Source: Paraspadella gotoi (lineage: Eukaryota > Animalia > Chaetognatha). Taken from it: DNA of 64,000 nucleotides. A program made the position numbers and the translations under genes. The DNA is taken from assembly GCA_051294375.1 (NCBI GenBank), contig CM119264.1, forward strand, positions 23,910,002 through 23,974,001, in the 5' to 3' direction. Shown one piece after another: positions 46,033 through 57,800 of this stretch (within the stretch, counting starts at the first letter, position 1; the number at the start of each line of letters is the position of its first letter). A model generated the notes under the pieces. It saw nothing but the letters and a program-made list of their open reading frames with translations. It had not been told where the DNA came from and searched no databases.

Positions 46033-46386
46033 TTCCCCTCTTAAACTTTTTCCCGCGAAAAGTCTTCACAATTCATGGGGGATACAAAAAGCTTTTCGAC
46101 CTCACTAGATCTTGCCCATCTCACTCTCCCCTTTCACATCCCCCTCCCCCCTCCACTCCTCCGCCTTACAACTACCTCACCAACCTCGTTCCTCTCACAA
46201 ACTCACCCCCACCATTCACCAAAAAAAAAAATAAAGGGCAAAGCGAAAAAAAAACCCTGCGAAAGAAATCTTAGTCGTGAATCCATTTAGAAGGAAAGTG
46301 ATAAAGGCCCATAGCCTCATTCCAAACTAATTTTACGTCCCATGGACTTTATTCAAGTTATCTCTTTCCGAGCCTCGACCCGAAGA

Positions 46387-46469
<83 letters not shown>

Positions 46470-47019
46470 GAACTTCTCTTCCAAATTTTTCTTTTTCTCC
46501 ATTACTTTCTAATTTGTGAATATCCTCCCATCCACAGATCATTTCTCCACACTTTCCCACGGTCCACCCACTCCCCAGCCTTCCTCCCCAACCCCCAACC
46601 CCCACGCCTCACAGACCTCTCACCCCTTTTCACCCCGTTTGTGATGATAGCGATGTGAGCGTCGAAATGATGGTGTCCATTTCTTCAGTTTCCATTAGTA
46701 TTTTTTTTTTCTATACATTTTTTTTTCCTGTTGATTGGAGAAATGACCATTACGAGGAGAGGCTCGATGGTTGGGATAAGGGACACCAGGGGTAAGGGGT
46801 TAGGGGTAAGGGTAAGGGGTAAGGATTGTATAAGGGATAGGAGCGAGGGGTAATCGATAAAGGGGGTAAGTCTTATATCAGTATTTTCTGGGGAATAATT
46901 TTTTTTTTACGGATAAGAAGGCAAACCATTTTGATGAATAATTATACCATTCTAATTTATTTCTCCATTTAAAACGCTTTGGAAATAATGGGTTTATCAG
47001 TGTTTAATTACATATCAAA

Positions 47020-47280
47020 CATTCACAGCCCTGTTTGTTCGCTTCTCGGTTTCATGGTCAGCTCGTGCTGCCCTCTTTTTACTGGATTTCTTGAATAGGA
47101 CTGTGAACGATCATCAGTGAACAATGAGAACAATTAACCCATTGTTCAGTGAGTCGGTGACTTCTTCCTTTAGTGAAGCTTTCGATACAGTTTTCTTTGC
47201 AGTTTCACAACAGTCAATAACAGCTTCGACAGATTTGTGATACAGTCAGTCAATGCTGTTTTCAGCATCAACGATGGGTC
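47020..47280 (-). mobile_element. Possible highly decayed non-LTR retrotransposon ORF fragment
   Basis: Broken frames give SID*LYHKSVEAVIDCCETAKK and KKRAARADHETEKRTNRAV, reminiscent of the endonuclease-RT linker of RTE-type LINEs; weak by-eye resemblance. Confidence 0.25.
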
Positions 47281-48872
47281 GATTATGAACAAGTGATGGG
47301 CGGAGCCGATTTGGCTAAAACGATTTTATGAAGGGTTGAGAGACTTTGGATGGTGACGTGATGGAGGCGAGAGAGAGAAATATAGTCGATCTGAGGGTGC
47401 ATCATAGATAAATTAATTATCAAGAGTCCAGAGGCATTAAAAAATTAAACAAAATCGAGTACGACTTCTATTACAGAAATTAACTAATGAATTTTAACAA
47501 TGGCAAAGGAAATGCCTAATTGTATAGCGGAACCGTCACAAGACAATTAAGTATTTATAATATTTTATAAAATAACGAGTAAGCTCTTTGTTAGCGTAAT
47601 AAATTAATGTAGCAAGATTTCAAAACACTCGTGATTAAAAAGAACAACAACAACAACGATTTTGGTTCGATTAAAGCCAAAGAAAATGCGATCAACAAAT
47701 ACATTGCGATCTTAAAATGTAAAAAAAAATTGTGATCTAATTAAAATTGCGATTAATGCAATAAAAAAAAATTGCAATCAACATAAAATACGATCAAAAA
47801 ATAATTAAACGAAGCAAAAGTTTTTGGGATGAAAGGAAATCATCGAATTTGTCGTCTTCAGTCTTCATAAACGGGGTTTACTGTTCCGCTGTTGATGTAA
47901 ACAAAAGGAGGCAAATTATATTTAACCCATATCACAAACGAAGTTTTAAGTTAAGGACTAACACTTAGGGTTAAATGTATAAAAAGTATAATGTCTTGGA
48001 ATCATGTAAAAAAATTTTTATTTTTATTTTTATTTCAAGGTTTGGTGAGGCAACTGGCTGTTGCCAGATCATTGTTCTTTTCTAATTTTATTTCAACGCT
48101 GAAATTTTTATTTTCTATAAGTTTTAACTAGAAAAACTAAAAAATACAAATGGCTGTCATTGTTGTTGTAAAAAAGCTTTTGACATTCAGATTGCTCAGA
48201 AACATACTGCACTGTCTATATCTGTAAGATGAACCAAAATATTTCTTTCTTTTTTTTTTATAAAAATATATCTTATAACAGGAAGGTTCTTTTCAAACGC
48301 AAACAATTTCCTTTTTTGAAATTCGATCATGCCACTGATAAGCACATGATTAAGAAAGTAAGCGAGCTGGACTACTGGGAGTTTAAAAATATAAAACGTC
48401 AGCGATTTTTCTACCAGAGTGCAAAATCTGAAGTTGCTATAACAAATAATTTAGCCACAGTATTTGATCTTTTCATTTCACTCCCATTTGAAATCCGTGT
48501 ATTTCTTTTTCTTTCTCTCTTTCTTTCTCTCACTCTCTTTTGTTTTCTCTTTCTTACTTCCTTAATCTTTACTCTCACCCTAAAATTTCCCCTTTCTTCC
48601 TTCTCTTCCCCTTCCTTATTCTTTTGGTTGCTCTTTACTCTTCCTTCCTGACCAGTGACCACCGACGAACACAATTGACTCTTTCTCGAGTTCATTTGTG
48701 CCACTCTTCAACACCGGCTTCCTTTTGTGTGAGAATTACCCATTCTCTTTTCATACACTATCTTTCTCTCTCTATCTCTCTCTCTTTGTATCTGTCTCCA
48801 CTACTCTTTTGACAACCAAAACTACTATACTATTAATATCATTGATGACGAATACTAATTTTTAATTAAATC

Positions 48873-51800
48873 TTACTTGGACTGTCTCCGTTTAACTTCG
48901 CTCATCTCCATTTCGTTCCCGCTCTCAGTGGAGGGCGCGATCTTGGAACCGGCGTCGAAAGGCGCTTCCTCCTCTTCGTCCACGTAGCTGAGTTGGGGGG
49001 GGGAAGGAGTTGGTTGATTGATTGGGTAAATGATTGGAGAAATGATTGAAGACTTTTGGAAAGTGACGAGCATGAAAAAAAATATCGTAATTTTTTTTTA
49101 AATTTTTCAATTTATGCTTCTGAAATATGTTTAGAGAAAGGAAAGAGAAAAAAAACGATTGCAAAAAATAATGTCTTGCGTCGGTGATAAAAATTTGTAA
49201 ACTTTGGATATAGAATGAAAAACGGCCATATCCAAAGTGTTTCACGCTTCTAAAATAAATTATATCTTTGCATTTAAATTGCACGTCAACATTACAACCT
49301 CTTTTGTCGGATCTACCCCCGTCACTCACTTGTATCTCGCGGCTAGGAATAGAAAGAGGAGAAAGGCGAGAAAGCAGAGTCCAGCGAAGAGAAAGAGTTC
49401 GGCTGAGTGAGACAGAGTCGCGTCACCGGAAGTCTGCGACGCCGCTACCACCAGATCGATGGCGTTGCCGAGGAAGGTGGTGAACAACCATCCGGCCTGG
49501 GAAGGTGGGGGGAAAGGGAAAGGAAGGTGGGGTGAGCAATCGAATCTGACGAAGAGTCTTGGTTACGAGATATGACAGATGTATTCGTACGTATTCTCTT
49601 CCCCTTATTCCAGAATTTTAATGAGAAAACTTCCTAAGCATCATAGATACTATCCACATTAAATCTCCAGGAGATTCCATCGACGAGGTAGACATCATCT
49701 CGACCATTTCCGAAAGTGTTCACCTGCATGACGGATTTCATAGAGTCCGGTCCCTGCGAGTAGGCGAACGACAATCCTGTGATCGACACCATAATTTCTG
49801 CCATCGTCATTACAACGTATTGAGGAACCTGGGGAAGTTAAGATTAAAAAAGCTGGAGAAAAAAAAAGAAACCGAAAAAGTAAGAAAAAGAAAAAAAAAG
49901 AGAGAGAGAGCGTGAAATTGGATTCTTTCCTATCGAAACAAAAACTTGGCACGAGTAGTTATAAATTTCCCACTTCTTTTCTTAGGCATTATTAAACGGT
50001 TACTCAGAATCACATATACGCCTTTAACAAAATTGAATTTGAATTGCTATAGTACTTAAACTGAAATACATTCAATGCCTGATTAATGTAAGAACCTTTA
50101 AAAAAATTTCGTGGGCAAACCTGCCAAAGCATGGAGAATTCATTCTCCTTCGTATTGGTGTACACAGTGTAATAAAGACCCGCGCCGTCGTGAAAAACCA
50201 CTGTGTAGGTGCCGCCATTTTTAAAGTCATTTTTAGGACTGCAGATTTCGGTTCCGTTGTCGTTGATTTTGAATTTATAAAAACCTTAAAGTTTAAAAAT
50301 GACAATTGATAAAGTGTAAGACATCCTTTCATTAAATTGATAAATGAGTGAGTTAATCAAACGCAATTTGCTTTGCAATAGATTATGGTTGACTAAAATC
50401 CACCAACCATTCAACAGCGGCCATTAGTGCCGGAGGGAAGTCATTCGCCTCCCAACCCAAAGGTCCGGGTTCTAGCCGGTGGCCGGCTAGCAGTTAAGAG
50501 GGACGGGGCGCTTAACCCGCCTGTAACACTGTTACAGTAAGGCGTAGTGAAAGTTAAATACGAAAATTCTAAAAGTCAATTATGAACAACATACCATCAG
50601 TGAATATTAATTTGTAAAAAAAATAATTTTATGTTTTTTAATTTTCGCAGTAGGCCATATTTATATATAGTACTATCCTTATAAAATCGAAAATTTCAAA
50701 ATAGGCTTTTCTTAATTTTGATTACAGATTTGAATTCCTCGTCAAAAGTTGATAAAGAAAATATAAATCATTTTTAAAAATTTTTTCATTAAGTGGGTTA
50801 AAATTAAAAAAACTATTTAATATATAAAAAGTTAATTTTCAGCTTAAAATATAGTTTTTTTCTAATTTTTGACCCACTTAATGAAGGAATTTTTCAAAAA
50901 GAGTTATATTTCTTTTTATCAACTTTTTATAACGAATCCAAATCTGCAAAAAAATCTTAGAAAAAACTGTTTTGAAATTTTAACATTTATTGGTTTAGTA
51001 CTAGTATAAATATGGCCTACTGCGTAAATTGGAAAATTTTATTATAAATTGTTTTATTACATAAATGTTCATTAGTATAATGTTGTTCGTTCCTCACTTT
51101 TAGAATTTTAAATTAAAGTTAAATTGAGAAATTTTACTACGCCTTACTGTTACAGCCTATCCGAAGCTCAGGGACTGCTTATATTGAACGGTTCTGTCAT
51201 TAACACAATTTCTGTCTCTTCAAGATGCTCGCTACAATTTCTTTCAGAAAAGTTAAGCAGAAATTTTTTACATCTATATTTATTCGAATTCTTAAAGAAA
51301 ACAATTTCATTTTAAATATCAGTTTGCGGGTAAAAAAAAAAAAAAAAAAAAAACTTAGCGATTGTGCAGTTGTTACGTAGTGTAAATTCTCAACTTATAA
51401 AATTTTCTATATGGGATTAGTCACTATTCAATTCATATGAAATTGGTTTAACTAATATAGGATTATCCACTGGATAATATCCAGTCATTCAATAAATAAG
51501 CTATATTGCCCTGTAAATAGTATAATAGTTTAGGCTGTCATTGTAGTCAGTATCTCGTTTTTTTCTTTTTCGGTACGTGAAAGAGCTTCAAAAAACGGTC
51601 AACGCATTCCTACCTATTGTCCGATATCAACAATTCATCACTTGACAATAATGCAAAAAAGTTAAACTCTTTTTTGTGACTCCAGCTGCAAAAACACAGA
51701 GAGAGAGAGAGAGAGAAGTCAGTGGGAGATCCATGGTCAGTAAGGAAGAGGAAAACAAAAGGAGAAGTTACGAAGGAAGGAAGAGAAGGAAGAGGACGGA

Positions 51801-54800
51801 ATCGAGGGTAAGGATTAAAACAAAGAAAAAAAGCCATTGGTGGAAACGAGGCAATGGGAATCGACAAGAGCCAATCCACGTCTCACGGTAACGACGGTGA
51901 AATCGATATCAAATCGAGATCGATTCACTTTCACATTCGATTCCAAACCGATGTCTTTGCGAAACTCTTGACCATTTTTTCTGTCAAATTAAAATTCAAA
52001 CCTCAATCTTCTCCAACTGTCAAACATTCGATTCTACAACGAACTATTAATACCATCTTTTTAAACTACCTTCATTTTAAACAATATCGAACTAAATCCT
52101 CCCCATTTTTAATTAAAAATAAAACCCTCACAGAACCATGGAAGGATCCAAGAATGCTTTTAAATCATCGCTTGTCTTCGGCGGAAATTTATCTTCGGTT
52201 TGGTCGGCGTCGATGAACGGGTCAATCAACGGGTCCAACGACGGTTCTCCCGCGACTTCCCCAGGCAACAACATCCTCAAACGACATCTCGAAACCTGTC
52301 ATGACTAACGATTCTCTCGTTCCGGAACCGAAAAAACAGCGTGTCTCCGAAGATGATTCCCAAGAATGCGTCGATTCCATCTTAGATCTAAGTTTCCTCA
52401 GCGAATACGAAGAGATAAGTAACGAGAGTCTCGCGGCGCCGGTCACCCAGGCGGCGTCGGTTGTGCAGGCGTCGCCGGTCTCCCAGACTGCGCTCGTCGC
52501 CGAGGCGCCGCGGCTCTCTAATCCTGTTCTTGTCCGGCGGTCGTCTTCAGACACTTTGTCGTCCTCAGTTTCAGAGTCATCACCGACCTTAATGAATCTC
52601 GACACAAAATGCTTCTATCTCCTTGCGTCTTTCGAAGCGCAAATGGTTGCCGCCGTTTCGGCGCCGCCATCGCCGAAGGCAAAGCAGCCGTCTTGCCAGA
52701 AAAATAACGAGAGTCTAGCGGCGCCGGTCGCCCAGACTGCGCTTATCGCCGGGGCCCCGCGGCTCGCTAATCCTGTTTATGTCCGGCGGTCGTCTTCAGA
52801 CACTTTGTCGTCCTCCGTGCCAGAGCCACAATCGGCTTTAACGAACCTAGCGGCGGAAAAGGTCGACATAAAATGCTTCGATCTCCTTGCGTCTTTCGAA
52901 GCGCAAATGGCGGCTGCTGCTTCGGCGCCGACACCGCCGCCTCGCCAGCAAAAGCCGTCACAACGTCGACAGCCACTTCGTCGCCCACAGAAGCAGCAGC
53001 CGTCCTTGCAGCAGCTGAAGCCATCAAAGTCGCAAAAGCAGCAGCAGCCGAGAATGAAGCAGCAGCCTAACGAACTTTCCCTTGATTTTCTTCCGGTGCT
53101 GACGGACGACATCCTCAAAGAAATTAAAGAGATCGAAGCCCTTTGCGAATCCGATTCGTCGGCGGCCAACGACTTCACACGGACCGCCAGCCAGGCTTCT
53201 CTCTTCTCCCAGCCGCTCCCCATGCCGGTTACCCTGCCGGTCACCCACTCATCTCAGGTTCCGGCGCCGAAAAAGGGCGGAACGAAGAAAGCGACGCGGC
53301 AGCCGGTTTTGTCTCTGCCGCAGTTTGTGCTGCGCGAGCAAAACACGATTGTCCCCGCGCGCGCCGCGCCACTTTCTTGGAATGCCAACAATTTCGAAAA
53401 CTTCAACTTTTACAACTGGAACGCTGTTCAAAATTTCGTTGACTCTCCATCGGCTTCAAATATCTCGCCATCGGCGCAGGTTGTGAATTCGCCAGCACCC
53501 TCGGCCTCACTTAACCCCATCTATTTCAATGGCCCCAATTTTTACGGCGCGGGCCCCAACGTCGCCTGTCATAACCACGCCATCTTCGCTCAACGACCGG
53601 GAACTCTTGGACAGGCGATTCCCAGTAATTTCTCTTTCAGCTCCCAAAATTATTAACTCAAGTAGCAACAGATGCAAGCGCAACATCAGGGACAGCAGCT
53701 GCAGTATTGCGAAATGCCGAAGCCACAGCAATAGCTGTAAATGCAATAAATTAACGTCAACTGCAGGAGGGAAGGCAGTCAATTAATTTCAAAAAATACA
53801 ATAGTTCTACTAGGGAGAAACTAACTCAGTAAGGTGGTTAAGAAATTTGAATTAAGCACCTGCTCAAACGAAAATTTAGACATTTTTAAAAAAATTTGAA
53901 TAGACAAATTTTTTTAATATTACTCAATATATTAATTTTTTAATATTTATTTATAAATAGGAAAGGCTAAATTTTTTTTTTGATTTTTTGATTTTTAAGG
54001 TCAGATTCAGGTAGCTTGCAAAAAGTTGTCTACACAAAGTATAAATTATGATTCTTTTTTCAATATTTTGATCATAAGTGTGTGAAAAATATGAAAAACT
54101 ATTTATAATCATCATTTTTCGATAATTTTATTACTTTTTCTTAATTTTGACCAAGAAAACAAATATTTTTGAAAGTTGTAGTTAAATTTTTTTATCATTA
54201 TATAGTAATATTGTAATTTTAATAGCAACAATAAAAGCATTAAAATCGAATTTTTTTTAAAAATTCTTTTTTTACCTAAAAGTAAAGTTTTGAACCCCCG
54301 CCCCTATTGAATTTAATTTCATAGTAGATTTCTAGTTCTACAGAGGCAAAAATCGATTGAACTTTAACGAGAGCACCTCGAATAAATTCTGAAATTGAAA
54401 AATGTGTTTTTGTTATTTAGGTAAAGTTCGAATTAAAGTATTTGAAAGTATTTAAAATACTAAGGCCGCACGATTTAGTTTTCATTCCGGAGGCTTCAAA
54501 CATATTAATTCTAAACGTATTATAATTTGCAGCATTGATCTTATTTTTAGCCTTTCATTCATTGACTGACCATAATTTTATCGTGATAATTTTTTTTTAA
54601 TTTTTTGATACAGTTAATACGTTATATTAATTAAAAATTTTAAAAAAGACGTGAATTCAAAACATGGCTATTGCTTGCTATTACAAGAAGAGAAGAGTTC
54701 AATTTTAAGAAAGATAGAAAAAGTGCGCTTAAAGGCCGTTTTTACGAAAACTAGGACATTAGAAGTAAATGTATAATATAAGGCATTTTGACTCGTCTTT

Positions 54801-57800
54801 CGGCTCACCCGGCTCCAGTTCCAATTTAGTAGTCATGTTGTGGGAATCCGAATTCTTCTCATCCAACTTGACGGCTGTCAGATTAGATCGAGAAGAAAAT
54901 AAACTGGGGGAAAATAATATAAAGTTCTTTTTGCATTTTATGACGAAAAAATTCACAATTGGTGTAAGTTTATGAAGCTTTAACCTTTTTTGAAACAGCC
55001 CATCAGCTGTTAACGTTATTTTTCTACATATAAAAATCAATCTCTCAAACTTTTCGTCGACGCCAAAGGAGCGATTGCCGAGTTGAATACCAAGACAGGG
55101 TTCTCTCGCTACTCATTTCTCAGACAACTGAAACAATCTCCAACGTTATATAACTAATAATTATGTAAAGTATGTATTCCAACTTTTCTCTCCTCCATCT
55201 CACTTGATCCATGTTTTAGCGTCGGGTGGTTTCTCGATCGTCTCCACTATCGTCTTCACCATCAACGTCCCGTCTTCCCTCAACACCACCGCTATCACTC
55301 CTTTCCTGTCATCCACGATCAGAGTTTCGCCGATTTTGTCCCCAGAATTCTTGGCGGCGAACGTGAGATCGAAGTGGGCCCACTCATCCTTGGTCACGGT
55401 GGACCCGTGGGTTTTCACGGTGTGGTTCAGCTCGACGCGGATTCGCTCGCCTTCCATCATCTGGGAGAAAGGAAAAAAAATCGGTCTTATCGTTTGTTAT
55501 AATTGCTTGGTTCTTGTTTGTTCAGTTGTTGGTTTCATTCGTAGTTCCTTCATTATAACAACGGAATGGACTTATAAACGGACTTGGTTGGCCTAGTGAT
55601 GTGATTGCTTGTCTCCTTCACGAATCATCAGAATGCCGACGAATCACAGATCTTACTTCAAACTTAGAATGACCAATGACCGACAGAGGAACCGACGGAG
55701 GGATTGATGGTCAAAATTGCTAAGAGAACTTTAGGCATTCACCTCAACATCCAAACTCAAGAAAGAACCCTTCAAATAATTATTGAACTGTTTAATATTT
55801 CATCACCTTTGTCTTAACCTTTGTCATCGGGTCATCGTTACCCATGTCATCACCCTAATCATTGTCCGTCATTAATAAACTATTGTAAGCCAAATACTTT
55901 GCCACTTATTATTTACCCTCGTTATTTGGCTAAACGTCAACGATAATAATCTCTTTTCAAAGAATTAATTGATAAATAACCAACCAAATCCCGTGGTTCT
56001 CACCGGTCCGTTCGTAACTCACTTTTACCTGATACGCGGGAACCGTGTAAGGTTTTCCAAGCATTCGAACGTCAAGCGGCTCGTCGAGATGGTTGATGAC
56101 AGTGATGAAGCCGTGACCGGTCATCGGAGGATGGAGATCTTGGTCTTCTAGTTGGAGTTCGAGGAAACCTTGAGAGTGTGAGATAGAGAAGCTAAAAGAT
56201 GGAAAATATACGTACAGTATAGAGAAGTAAATTATAAATTGCATTACTAAAAATAAATCTGGATACTTCGCTATCCAGGTCGGTTAACTAAGGGTAAAGC
56301 GAGGGATTGCTACTCCCAAAGCAGTTTACGGCCGAACTCGCGTTAGTCTAACCCCCCGCCCCGTACCAAGTGGTCGTTTACACGGCTTTGCACAAAGAGC
56401 CCCTACGACAAGACGGGAAGTACAAAGCTTGTTAACGGAATAAACCAGGGCTATGACCGCAGAGTAGAGAAACTAACTAAAATGATTAAATCACTAAAAT
56501 ATCACTTTCAGCTATACCAGAAGTTTTTCTCGCCTAAATCCAATAGATATTCAGACGTCACAACAAAATAAAAACTTCAAAAATCGACGGATCAAAATTA
56601 ACCCAACCGGAAATGACGAAGGATCCCGAAGTCAGGAGGAGGCCGATGCCGAGACGCTGCAACGGACGCATGCGCAGACCGAATTTGTTGCAAAGAGGAT
56701 AGATTCCTTGATCGAAGATCGGGATGAAGAGAAGGATCAAAACGGCGTTGAGAACCTAGGGGAGAGAGAATAAATCAAATCGATATATGCGAATAAATTA
56801 TTTGGCAATATGGTTCGATCGCGCCCCATTTCATAGTATATTTTAATTTATTTATAAAAATTAAAGTTTAGATCAATAAAAAGGGTAAAAGATCAGGGTT
56901 TAAAGTTAAAAATAAAAAAAAGGTTAAAGGCTTAAAATTATGTTATTTTCCTTTTTTTTTTCGTTATGTATTGATATTTTAAAAAAAGAATTAAATAAAT
57001 TTAATTACCAAATTCAAACTTTTTTTAAAGCTTAAAATTAAATTAAATAATTTTTATAAAATTAGGAAAAAAAATAGAAATGGGGCGCTTTCGAAAGGAT
57101 GGACCGATTAACAGACCTGCATCTGATCCGGTTTAATAAAATTCATTCCATCGAGTCTTTGCGCTTGGAGGGTCCAACGTGTTCCCTGTCAGAAGATTTT
57201 AAAAAAAGAATAACAGTCAACGTCGCTCACTATAACTATAAGCAACATATCTCGGCCATAAAACCGAAGGTTAAGAGAGCTAATGGAATTTGCATCAAAC
57301 CAGACAAAAAGGCACGATCGATTAAAATCCGGTACAAATAATCCAAATAGAAGGAATGGTAAAAATCATATCGACATGTAAATAGGCTACATAGTAAAAA
57401 TCGTGCATCGGGAGATTGGAGAAAAACCGAATACCAATTCTCCGTGGGTTTTGAAATCTGTTGACCGGCGCAATGGGCAAGGTAAAATGCGACCAAGGCG
57501 TTCCCTCATCGAATACTTTTGAATTTGGCGGGAAAAAAGGTTACGATTCTTCTCCGTATATCTCGACGTTGATTGGTTAAGTCTCGCCAATCCAAGATCT
57601 AAGGTAAGAAATGCTTCCTTTCGCAATACGATATGAGAAGGGTTAGCCGTCTACTTTTCAATATCAATGAACCTACGGTCAACTGGTTTTCTGGAGATTA
57701 CAAGTTGTTAGCAGATAAACAATCTCATGCAGTGTAGTTAAAACGCATTTTTCTCATGATAAGAACCTTAGAGTATCAATAATGTATTGTGTCAATAGTC

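Noticed and set aside
46788-46825. Interstitial telomere
   Set aside because: Only a few degenerate T(A/T)AGGG(G) units; too short and irregular.
53654-53749. TAA/TAG reassigned to Gln (alternative genetic code)
   Set aside because: The long conserved SLC15 and XK-like frames contain no internal TAA/TAG; C-to-T decay is simpler.
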